The notes beneath the pieces were generated by a model. That model saw nothing but the letters and a program-made list of their open reading frames with translations. It searched no databases and had not been told where the DNA came from. From a virus (taxonomy: Duplodnaviria; Heunggongvirae; Uroviricota; Caudoviricetes), in IMG/VR virus record IMGVR_UViG_3300010429_001251: 37,134 nucleotides of DNA; one strand, 5' to 3'. The position numbers and the translations under genes were made by a program. Numbering within the stretch: the stretch's first letter is position 1; each line of letters starts with the position of its first letter. Positions 7,048 through 14,596 of the stretch are shown here, in pieces.

Positions 7048-7319
7048 GAATATTTAAAGCTATTTTAAAATTTAATAAAGACAATGAGGTTTACGACGCC
7101 GAAAATTTAGAGTATATGGATTTAAGTGAGGCATCACATACCTTTAAAAAACTAGTCCATACAAAAGAGATAAACGTTCCTGCTAATAAAAGACTTACAT
7201 CAATGCACGATGTAACTTTTATGGATGGGGAGAGATATAAATTTGTGTTAGGAAGAGATAACCTACGAGGTTTTAAATGTACTAAAGAATTCTTTCAAGA
7301 ATTTATGCTAATGTATTAG
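7044..7319 (+). CDS. Hypothetical protein (91 aa)
   Basis: GTGA overlap, RBS AAGGAGG. Confidence 0.8.
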   Translation: MRIFKAILKFNKDNEVYDAENLEYMDLSEASHTFKKLVHTKEINVPANKRLTSMHDVTFMDGERYKFVLGRDNLRGFKCTKEFFQEFMLMY

Positions 7320-7327
7320 GAGGTAAT

Positions 7328-7558
7328 ATGAACGAATTTTTAAAATGTGGCGCTAAAAGAAAATTTATAGTCTTAAATTTAGAACATATTTTTGAATATA
7401 TGGGCTATAACTTGTTAACCTTAAAACGTATCTTAAAAGAATATTATGAGATGAGCCTTCCTAAAGAAAAAGATCATGAATATTTAGTAATAAATACAGA
7501 TGAGCCTTATATTGACGAAGTTATAGAGGTATTAAAGAAACACGGGCATTGGGGTTAG
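7328..7558 (+). CDS. Phage hypothetical protein (76 aa)
   Basis: RBS AGGAGGT; C-terminal YLVINTDEPY...KKHGHWG motif recalled from phage hypotheticals. Confidence 0.8.
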   Translation: MNEFLKCGAKRKFIVLNLEHIFEYMGYNLLTLKRILKEYYEMSLPKEKDHEYLVINTDEPYIDEVIEVLKKHGHWG

Positions 7559-7559
7559 T

Positions 7560-7802
7560 ATGAAGTTAGGTGGAATACGATATACGCAGGCTAAAAAGAC
7601 TCCTCACAGACACGCTATCATGAATGGGGAAGAGTGGAAATTAGTTTTTGGAGAAAATACTAGAAAAGTAGAATTTATATTCAAAGCCAATGTTAACATG
7701 TTGGATAAGGTTTTAACAGCTGCTCAGTATGATAAAGTAAAAAAAGAATTTGGGCAAAAATTTATAAATTATATAAAGGTATACAAGGATGAAGGAAATT
7801 AA
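7560..7802 (+). CDS. Hypothetical protein (80 aa)
   Basis: ORF track, tight packing. Confidence 0.7.
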   Translation: MKLGGIRYTQAKKTPHRHAIMNGEEWKLVFGENTRKVEFIFKANVNMLDKVLTAAQYDKVKKEFGQKFINYIKVYKDEGN

Positions 7803-7998
7803 AAAAGAAGTTAAAACTTTTCAAATAAGTCTTGAATGTGATTGCGGTGGAGCCATAGTTTTTGATTCCAACAATGGGGTTAAGGATTCGAGATCAGACA
7901 AACCTACTTTTAAGCATATTTGCCTTAAATGCACTCGTGTAGAGTATTTAGAAAATATTTACCCTAGAGTTCATTACGAATATAAAGGAAAGAAATAA
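7789..7998 (+). CDS. Zn-ribbon-like small protein
   Basis: CDCGG...CLKC. Confidence 0.75.
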   Translation: MKEIKKEVKTFQISLECDCGGAIVFDSNNGVKDSRSDKPTFKHICLKCTRVEYLENIYPRVHYEYKGKK

Positions 7999-8219
7999 TG
8001 AATAACTGTTATAGTAGTAAAGATAGTATCCTACTGGCTAAATTTAAAGAGGTTCAGAGAGCTTTTGTGGAAGAGCATTTAAATATGTGTACAGAAGAAC
8101 AGATAAAATTCTTTCACGAAAAAGTCTTTCCCAAAGGCATAAACACAGACGAACAGTTTATAAATGCAATTAAAATAATTGAGAGGACTATACATAATAA
8201 TAAAAAAGGAGAAAACTAA
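7998..8219 (+). CDS. Hypothetical protein (73 aa)
   Basis: TAATG coupling, RBS AAAGGA. Confidence 0.75.
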   Translation: MNNCYSSKDSILLAKFKEVQRAFVEEHLNMCTEEQIKFFHEKVFPKGINTDEQFINAIKIIERTIHNNKKGEN

Positions 8220-8419
8220 TGCCTTATAATGAAGATATACTAATAAATTTAACTAATGCTTTAACCCTTTGCCAACAAAGATTTGAATTTTATGTTGAAC
8301 AGCATTCTAAAAAAGGTAAAGTAAAAAAGATGCTAAACAATCAACTTTATGCTGAAATGTGTAAAAAGGCTTTAAGAGGAGAAAAGGTAAGTGTTGAGGA
8401 TGTTAAGACACAAGATTAA
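8219..8419 (+). CDS. Hypothetical protein (66 aa)
   Basis: TAATG coupling, RBS AAAGGAG. Confidence 0.75.
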   Translation: MPYNEDILINLTNALTLCQQRFEFYVEQHSKKGKVKKMLNNQLYAEMCKKALRGEKVSVEDVKTQD

Positions 8420-8579
8420 ATTTGGAAAGTATTATGTAGAGGTGTGGTACTTATTAGCTCTTATTTTTGTTATAATTAGTATTATCCAAGACATTTGGTG
8501 CTTATTCTTTTTTGTGTTAGGATTATGGATAAATATGACAGTGAGGTTAATACAAAAGAAATGGAATTTACGAGAATAA
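8400..8579 (+). CDS. Small membrane protein (2 predicted TM helices)
   Basis: VWYLLALIFVIISII and IWCLFFFVLGLWI; start uncertain (8391 or 8400). Confidence 0.6.
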   Translation: MLRHKIKFGKYYVEVWYLLALIFVIISIIQDIWCLFFFVLGLWINMTVRLIQKKWNLRE

Positions 8580-8857
8580 TTGATACCGAGAAATTTCCAT
8601 ATACAGGCTTTGAAAGTGAGTTTAAATTAGACCCATCTACATTATATATACATCAAGTACAGGGCGGTTATATTATATTTTTTATATGTCCTTGCGGATG
8701 CGGTGAGGTAAGTAGACTATACCACGGTGTTATTGGACCTCCTCACGAATGGGATTTAGATCGTGAAACTATAACTATTAGCCCTTCAATAAATAATCCT
8801 AAAGAATGTAAAGCACATTATTTTATTAGAAATGGAAAAGTGGAGTGGTGCGGATGA
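8561..8857 (+). CDS. DUF6527-like protein, copy 1 (start 8525 or 8561)
   Basis: CPCGCG...W...ITISPSI...CKAHYFIRNGKVEWC. Confidence 0.75.
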   Translation: MEFTRIIDTEKFPYTGFESEFKLDPSTLYIHQVQGGYIIFFICPCGCGEVSRLYHGVIGPPHEWDLDRETITISPSINNPKECKAHYFIRNGKVEWCG

Positions 8858-9144
8858 TATACGAATTAAAACCCGAATTTATGCCAGAGTTTATGCCTAA
8901 AAGGGAAGAGTTAAAAGAAGGAATTCTGTATATTTCTTTGAAGTATGGTACAACTGCTCATTTATGCCCTTGCGGTTGTGGGCATAAGGTAAATGTTCCT
9001 ATAAATCTCGATGGTAAAGAAGGCTGGTGGGATTACACAGAAGAAAACGGAGAGGTTTCATTATCCCCGTCAATAGGTAATTTCCAAATACCTTGTAAAT
9101 CCCATTATTTTATAACTAAGAATAAAGTAGTATGGTGCCCATAA
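8854..9144 (+). CDS. DUF6527-like protein, copy 2
   Basis: EGILYISLKYGTTAHLCPCGCGHKV...VSLSPSIGNFQIPCKSHYFITKNKVVWC, the typical DUF6527 pattern; ATGA overlap. Confidence 0.8.
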   Translation: MIYELKPEFMPEFMPKREELKEGILYISLKYGTTAHLCPCGCGHKVNVPINLDGKEGWWDYTEENGEVSLSPSIGNFQIPCKSHYFITKNKVVWCP

Positions 9145-9371
9145 TGAGAACTATAACTTTTCAATACGAATCTACAATATTCATAGATAGCCCGTTTCCC
9201 GCAGATAACAAAGCCCGTGTTTTAGTTGACGGGCATGAACTTCCTTCTTTTATTTATCAAAATCAATTTATAATGGAAAAGTTAGCTCCTAATTTAAAAG
9301 CTATAGGAGAAAATGCTAAAGTCGTTATTGATAAGATAAAAGAAGTAACTATTGTACAGCCCGTAGAATGA
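9144..9371 (+). CDS. Hypothetical protein (75 aa)
   Basis: TAATG coupling at 9142-9146. Confidence 0.7.
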   Translation: MRTITFQYESTIFIDSPFPADNKARVLVDGHELPSFIYQNQFIMEKLAPNLKAIGENAKVVIDKIKEVTIVQPVE

Positions 9372-9443
9372 GCAGGATTGGTGTAATTGGCAGCATGACG
9401 GTCTCCAAAACCGTTGGTAGAGGTTCAAATCCTTTATCCTGTG
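9372..9443 (+). tRNA. trnW: tRNA-Trp(CCA), 3' CCA not encoded
   Basis: Cloverleaf: acceptor GCAGGAT/ATCCTGT, D-loop AATTGGCA, anticodon arm ACGGT-CTCCAAA-ACCGT (CCA at 9405-9407), T arm AGAGG-TTCAAAT-CCTTT, discriminator G. Confidence 0.92.
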
Positions 9444-9452
9444 TATAATAAA

Positions 9453-9477
9453 AAACTATAGGGTTGTCCTATAGTTT
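9453..9477. terminator. Terminator-like hairpin after the tRNA
   Basis: AAACTATAGG-gttgt-CCTATAGTTT. Confidence 0.7.
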
Positions 9478-9529
9478 AAATCTTGTTGTTGAAAAGGAGT
9501 TATAACATTTATATAATACTTCATATATA

Positions 9530-9557
9530 TTGACATTTCAATATTTTATTTTATACT
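9530..9557 (+). promoter_or_regulatory. Sigma70-like promoter upstream of the ORF-free structured region
   Basis: TTGACA-16 nt-TATACT. Confidence 0.65.
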
Positions 9558-9609
9558 GATTATTACATTAGTTTCTCCTAATTAATTATTTTACTAATTT
9601 TTTAAAAAT

Positions 9610-9925
9610 TGGCGCATGTGCGTGAAAACATTGACAGCTGGGAATAGACTAGTAGGGGTTGACTGTACCTCTTTTAACAAAAATTAGGATGATAACCTTA
9701 CACACATAAAGCCCTTTATGCTGTAACAATAATCCAAGAGAATCGGGTACTCCTACAAACTCTTGTAAAACAAAGTCCTAGTACAAGTCAACGAACTAGA
9801 TAACCTTGTAAAAACTTGTTCAAACGCTGAGGACATTATATAGATAGTTTAATGAAAACAGTCCTTAAACAAGACAGATGTGGGTAAAAGCCTACTCTAT
9901 ATAAAGCCAAAGCACCTGTGATTAC
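9610..9925 (+). ncRNA. Candidate large structured non-coding RNA, family unassigned
   Basis: No ORF; nested helices: GTTGACT-GTAC(9658-9668)/GTAC-A-AGTCAAC(9781-9792), TAGGAT/GTCCTA, TTACA..CATAAA/TTTATG..TGTAA, CAAGAG/CTCTTG, CTTGTT/AACAAG, TGAGGAC/GTCCTTA, ACAG..GTG/CACCTGT. Confidence 0.65.
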
Positions 9926-9966
9926 CTTTTTACTTTATTCATTTGACCTTCATTTTATTTGGTACT

Positions 9967-10004
9967 GAGAAGATAGGGATAAAACCCTATCTTCTTATAT
10001 TGTT
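9967..10004 (+). terminator. Intrinsic terminator closing the ncRNA unit
   Basis: GAAGATAGGG(9969-9978)-ataaaa-CCCTATCTTC(9985-9994) then TTATATTGTT. Confidence 0.7.
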
Positions 10005-10028
10005 TAATCTTGTTTTATATGTTATATT
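10000..10028 (+). promoter_or_regulatory. Promoter for the morphogenesis operon
   Basis: TTGTTT-17 nt-TATATT with TGn extended -10; closely resembles PL2. Confidence 0.55.
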
Positions 10029-10062
10029 GAGAGTGGGATGTGATTCTAATATGGGAGTTTTT

Positions 10063-10188
10063 ATGAAAATTCAATCTGTTATGTCTTTTAAGGGTAAAGC
10101 TGTTAATTGCCAACCTTTGAAGGGATTAAATGAAACAGTGATAAGACCTCTTCCGCCTAAAGATAAATTTGTGAAAAGTAATGCCTGA
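10063..10188 (+). CDS. 41-aa hypothetical protein before TerL
   Basis: GGAG then ATG 10063; overlaps the TerL start by 8 nt. Confidence 0.5.
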   Translation: MKIQSVMSFKGKAVNCQPLKGLNETVIRPLPPKDKFVKSNA

Positions 10189-11917
10189 AACTAAATATAC
10201 TATTGATTATCTAATTGAAGGTAGAAAGCAGTTATGGCTAACTACTGGAAATTTAGAGTCTGATAAAGAGTATATTAAAATTACAACTAAAGAAGTAACT
10301 AATAACCCCGAACTTTTACAAGAATTAGTCCAATACCCTGAAAAATTTATAGAACTGTTTTTCTACATTGTTAACAAAAGAAAGAAAACAGTTCCTTTCT
10401 TCTTGAATACTGTTCAACAGCACGTAATAGATAGACTTAATAAGGGAATGGAAGATTATAAGGCGGGTCGTAGAAATAGTCTTAAATTTAGATGTTTAAA
10501 GGGACGACAGCAGGGTGTTACCGCTTTAGTTACAGCCTATCAGTTAGCCTGCACTATCTTACATACTAACTTCTCAGGCTATACAATGGCTGATAACGGA
10601 GACAATGCGAGGGTTATATTAAACGATAAAGGTAAGTATCCTTATAGATACCTACCTAATATTTTTAAGCCCCACGAGAAATTTAACTCGGCGAATGAGA
10701 TATTTTTCGATAAGTTAAATAGTTCTTGGCGTATTGCATCTGCAGAATCAGGAGAAGCAGGTCGTTCCAGAACTTTAAACTTCTTTCATGGATCTGAAGT
10801 AGGATTTTGGGATAATTATTTAGGAATAATGGCAGCGTTAGATCCTGCTCTCACCGAAGACGCTATAATATTTGAAGAGTCCACCGCAAATGGGCATAAT
10901 GATTTTCATAGTAACTGGTTTGACGAAGATACAGATTATGAAAATATATTCCTAGTTTGGTGGTTAAGTTCTGAGTATAGAGCTAAGTTTGAGTCTGTTG
11001 AAAAAGAGGAAGAGTTTAAAAAAGCTGTTATCGAAGAGCTTACAGATTTCCATAAAAAATTAAATTTATTACGTACTAAGGAAAATTTAGATTGGAATCA
11101 GCTTTACTGGTATTGGGGTAAAAAGAAAGCTCTTAAAGATAAATTAGAGCAAGAGTTTCCATGTACTGAAGAAGAGGCATTCATTCACTCTGGTAAACCT
11201 TATTTTGATATTCAAGTAATACAGCAAAAAATGATTGAGTTAAAAGAATTTAAACCCTTAGAAATAAGATTAAATGGGGATGTAGTTATAGTCGAAAAAC
11301 CTATACCAGATGAAAAGTATTACATCGGAGCTGACGTAGCAGAGGGGTTAGAAAACGAAGATTACTCTCAGGCGTACATAATAAAGGGGTCTACCGCAGA
11401 AACAGTCGCTTGGATTAGAGGACATTTTAGTACAGATATGTTTGGAAATATTTTGGTGAAATATGCTAAAGAATACAATAATGCGTTTATTGCGCCGGAA
11501 AATAATAACCACGGGCATGCCGTTCTTAATACTATATACATTTATAATAGCTATAAGCATATCTACATTCAGCACCAATTTAATAGAACTCATGACAAAA
11601 AAGAAAAAGGTAAAAAATTAGGCTGGACAACTACAGAGGCTTCAAAATACTTAATGTTGGACGAATTAGATTCAGCTTTACGTGACGGAGATTTTCAAAT
11701 ATACGATGTTGAGTTTTATAAAGAGTGTGCTAAAGTATTAAGAGACGAAAAAGGTAAAGTTGCTATAAATGGATTAGATAGAGTTGCCGCTGCTGCTATT
11801 GCGTGGCAAATGAGAAAATATTATAATAAAAGAGATCCGGTTGCGAGTTATTATCAACAACTTGCTGAAGAACGTCAAAAAAGATTAGAAGAATCTGGTT
11901 TACGGGTCGTAAGTTAA
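10181..11917 (+). CDS. terL: Terminase large subunit
   Basis: Walker A LKGRQQGVT, Walker B FFHGSEVGFW, coupling motif FEESTANG, nuclease YYIGADVAEG, APENNNHG, GWTTT...SK. Confidence 0.95.
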   Translation: MPETKYTIDYLIEGRKQLWLTTGNLESDKEYIKITTKEVTNNPELLQELVQYPEKFIELFFYIVNKRKKTVPFFLNTVQQHVIDRLNKGMEDYKAGRRNSLKFRCLKGRQQGVTALVTAYQLACTILHTNFSGYTMADNGDNARVILNDKGKYPYRYLPNIFKPHEKFNSANEIFFDKLNSSWRIASAESGEAGRSRTLNFFHGSEVGFWDNYLGIMAALDPALTEDAIIFEESTANGHNDFHSNWFDEDTDYENIFLVWWLSSEYRAKFESVEKEEEFKKAVIEELTDFHKKLNLLRTKENLDWNQLYWYWGKKKALKDKLEQEFPCTEEEAFIHSGKPYFDIQVIQQKMIELKEFKPLEIRLNGDVVIVEKPIPDEKYYIGADVAEGLENEDYSQAYIIKGSTAETVAWIRGHFSTDMFGNILVKYAKEYNNAFIAPENNNHGHAVLNTIYIYNSYKHIYIQHQFNRTHDKKEKGKKLGWTTTEASKYLMLDELDSALRDGDFQIYDVEFYKECAKVLRDEKGKVAINGLDRVAAAAIAWQMRKYYNKRDPVASYYQQLAEERQKRLEESGLRVVS

Positions 11918-11929
11918 GAGGACAAAAAT

Positions 11930-12289
11930 ATGTTTTTTCGAGGACACACCCATGAAGATCTTCTAGTATTGAAGATCATGGACGAAATCAACACTATGCT
12001 CAATAACTGCCCTTTTAAGTATTTATTATTTTCGATAGGTATTGAGATAGAAGGACAAATTAAACCCTATAACTACATCATCAAAGAGGGTAAACTATAC
12101 TTAGACACAACTAACGCTATCAGCAATAAAGATTTAAACTTATTTAAGTATTGTTTTCATTTTAACGGCAAACCTAAAACATTTAGAGATTTAGAACATT
12201 ATGAATTTTTCTCAGAATATTTAGGAATGATAAAAAAAGCTTTTGAGGATAGTTTAAAGATAAAGAAAGAGTTGTATAGAATACGATGA
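11930..12289 (+). CDS. Hypothetical protein between terL and portal
   Basis: RBS AGAGGACA; ATGA overlap with portal. Confidence 0.75.
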   Translation: MFFRGHTHEDLLVLKIMDEINTMLNNCPFKYLLFSIGIEIEGQIKPYNYIIKEGKLYLDTTNAISNKDLNLFKYCFHFNGKPKTFRDLEHYEFFSEYLGMIKKAFEDSLKIKKELYRIR

Positions 12290-14580
12290 ATAAAACAGCA
12301 AAACCGTTATCAACAGCTATATCTACTACATATAGAGCAAAGCCTGACTTTGGCGGCGTATTTCCTGCAGCGGCTCCTTTTCCCAATAACGAACCTGAAA
12401 GGAAACAACCTAGAGCCTATACTGTAAGATCAGCTCAGAACATGGTTTTAGCTCCAAGGCAAGAAATGCCTAATCTAACTCCTTTTGATATATTAGATTT
12501 TGTAGCTAGGAGTACAGATGTAATTCAGATCGCAGAGAATATTCTTCTTAATCAGATTTCAGGTAGAAGATGGGATATACTTCCTGCAGATCCTGAGGAT
12601 AAAAGTGATTATAAAAAAGAAGAAAAAATATTAAAAGATTTTTTCAAAAAACCCGACAAAGAAAGAACATACAGTCAGTGGATCCGAAAAGCCCTTAAAA
12701 ATATGACACGTTATGATGCTTTTACGCTGTATAAACGTAAAAATAAAAAAGGCGGTTTATATGGATTAAATATAATAGATGGATCTACAATTAAAATAGT
12801 AGTTGATTCTAATGGAAATAAACCTACTCCCCCATACCCCGCCTTTCAACAGATAATATACGGCACTGTTAGGGGTAGTTGGAGTTTAGAGGAACTTGTA
12901 TACGCCCCTATGAGCGAGGAGCTAAAAGGAAATTATGGTGTAGGTCCTGTAGAAAGAATAATACAGGCTACTATGAAGTATTTACGTAAACAAAACTTTG
13001 ATTATGCCTATTATAAAGAAGGAGCCTATCCTGACGGTGGTTTATACGCTCTTAGACCTAATGACCAATCTCAATGGACTGCCGATGATATTATAAAATT
13101 TAATGCTTTTTGGATGGAAGATATGGCGGCTTATGAAAACCGTCAATCTTTAAAATTTGTACCAGATGGGCAGTTACATAGAACAAAAGAGTATAAATGG
13201 GATACATTACAAGAAGAATGGTTTGGAAGATTAGTTTGCGCCTCTATGGGCATTGATTTCCAAACATTTAATAAACAGGTTAATAGATCAACTGCAGAGG
13301 TTGATGACAGAAAACAAACAGATGTCGGTCTTAAACCGTATATTAGGCATCTTGAAGAGATACTTACAGAAATTATTCAAGTTGACTTTGGATTTGAAAC
13401 TTTAGCGTTTAAAATAATTGATGAAAAATTAGAAGATCAACAAGCTAAAGTTAATAAAAACGATAATTATCTTAAAAACGGTATATATAATAGAAATGAA
13501 ATTAGAAGAGAAGAGGGAAAAGAGCCTATTGTTAACGGAGATATCTATACTGTACAAGTAGGTAATGCTATAATCCCTCTAACTGATATAGACAAAGTTA
13601 TTACAACTGACAACAAGGAAGATGGAGCAGATCCTGAAGCTGCAAACAATGTAAAAGGAGCTAATATCAAAGCTAAAGATGTAAAAATGGACGCAGCTAA
13701 TAGACCTGTTATAACTGATAAGAAAACTTCTAAAAAGGAAACTAAAAGTAAAGAAGTTAAAAAAGCATTAGCTCATTATCAAAGTTTTTTAATTAAACGC
13801 TTTAAAGAAGGTAGATCATTAAAAGGTTATAACAACGAGAATGTTTCTGACGAGTTTATAGTTAAGGTAGAATCCTCAAATATTAGAAATATTGGTCAGA
13901 TAGTTGATATTTTTAAAGCAGAGGATGATAAAGAAGAGTACGCCTCTTTTTTAGCGTATTTAACTGAATACTTTAAAGATTTAAAAGGCGATTATGTAAA
14001 ATTTATAGAAGAAGCGTATAAAAAGGCTGATATAGAGTTTATTTTGGGCTTTTACTTCATAAATAAAGAAGATTTTGGTAAAAAACTAAAAAAATACTTA
14101 GAAAGTTCTTACGATAAAGGGCAAAGAGAAGGACTTTCTGAATTGAATAGGGTATTAGAGCAGAAAAATAAACCTTCTGTAGATATAAAACCTGAAATTA
14201 AAAATCAAGATACCTATGTTACTGATTTAACAAGTCAATTAGAACAAAGTACACAAACTATGTTAACTAATTCCTTCTCATCCGCTCTTGAAAAAGGATT
14301 AGACTGGGAATCTTATAGAAATGAGATTGAAAATTCTTACCCATTCTCAGCCATTAGAGCAAAAGTTATTGCTGACGTTGAAGGATTAAAACAGTATAAT
14401 GAAGGTGCCACCTTAACTTGGATTAAATCAGAATTAATAGATAAAGTTTATGTTTATGATGGTGACGGATGTCCTATATGCGCCGATTTAAATGGAACTA
14501 TACAAACACTTGAATGGGCTCATAATAATCCAATTCAACATCCAAACTGTGTTAGACAATTTACACCTTTAGTAGAATAA
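12286..14580 (+). CDS. Portal protein fused to a C-terminal MuF/SPP1 gp7-like minor head domain
   Basis: Portal motifs (IDGSTIK, YGVGPVE, NEIRREEGKEPIVNGD) then MuF-type ending CPICADLNG...HPNCVRQFTP. Confidence 0.88.
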   Translation: MNKTAKPLSTAISTTYRAKPDFGGVFPAAAPFPNNEPERKQPRAYTVRSAQNMVLAPRQEMPNLTPFDILDFVARSTDVIQIAENILLNQISGRRWDILPADPEDKSDYKKEEKILKDFFKKPDKERTYSQWIRKALKNMTRYDAFTLYKRKNKKGGLYGLNIIDGSTIKIVVDSNGNKPTPPYPAFQQIIYGTVRGSWSLEELVYAPMSEELKGNYGVGPVERIIQATMKYLRKQNFDYAYYKEGAYPDGGLYALRPNDQSQWTADDIIKFNAFWMEDMAAYENRQSLKFVPDGQLHRTKEYKWDTLQEEWFGRLVCASMGIDFQTFNKQVNRSTAEVDDRKQTDVGLKPYIRHLEEILTEIIQVDFGFETLAFKIIDEKLEDQQAKVNKNDNYLKNGIYNRNEIRREEGKEPIVNGDIYTVQVGNAIIPLTDIDKVITTDNKEDGADPEAANNVKGANIKAKDVKMDAANRPVITDKKTSKKETKSKEVKKALAHYQSFLIKRFKEGRSLKGYNNENVSDEFIVKVESSNIRNIGQIVDIFKAEDDKEEYASFLAYLTEYFKDLKGDYVKFIEEAYKKADIEFILGFYFINKEDFGKKLKKYLESSYDKGQREGLSELNRVLEQKNKPSVDIKPEIKNQDTYVTDLTSQLEQSTQTMLTNSFSSALEKGLDWESYRNEIENSYPFSAIRAKVIADVEGLKQYNEGATLTWIKSELIDKVYVYDGDGCPICADLNGTIQTLEWAHNNPIQHPNCVRQFTPLVE

Positions 14581-14596
14581 GAATGGAGAATAAAAT

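Noticed and set aside
9560-9580. Minus-strand AGGAGA-AACTA-ATG-TAA minigene
   Set aside because: No supporting promoter seen; plausible by chance in AT-rich DNA
9610-9925. Group I or II intron, tmRNA or HEARO identity for the structured region
   Set aside because: Only fragmentary P/Q/R/S-like words and no G-C guanosine site in P7; no domain V; no tRNA-like ends; GTTGAC/GTCAAC order is opposite to omega-RNA and no IscB/HNH gene; no interrupted host gene
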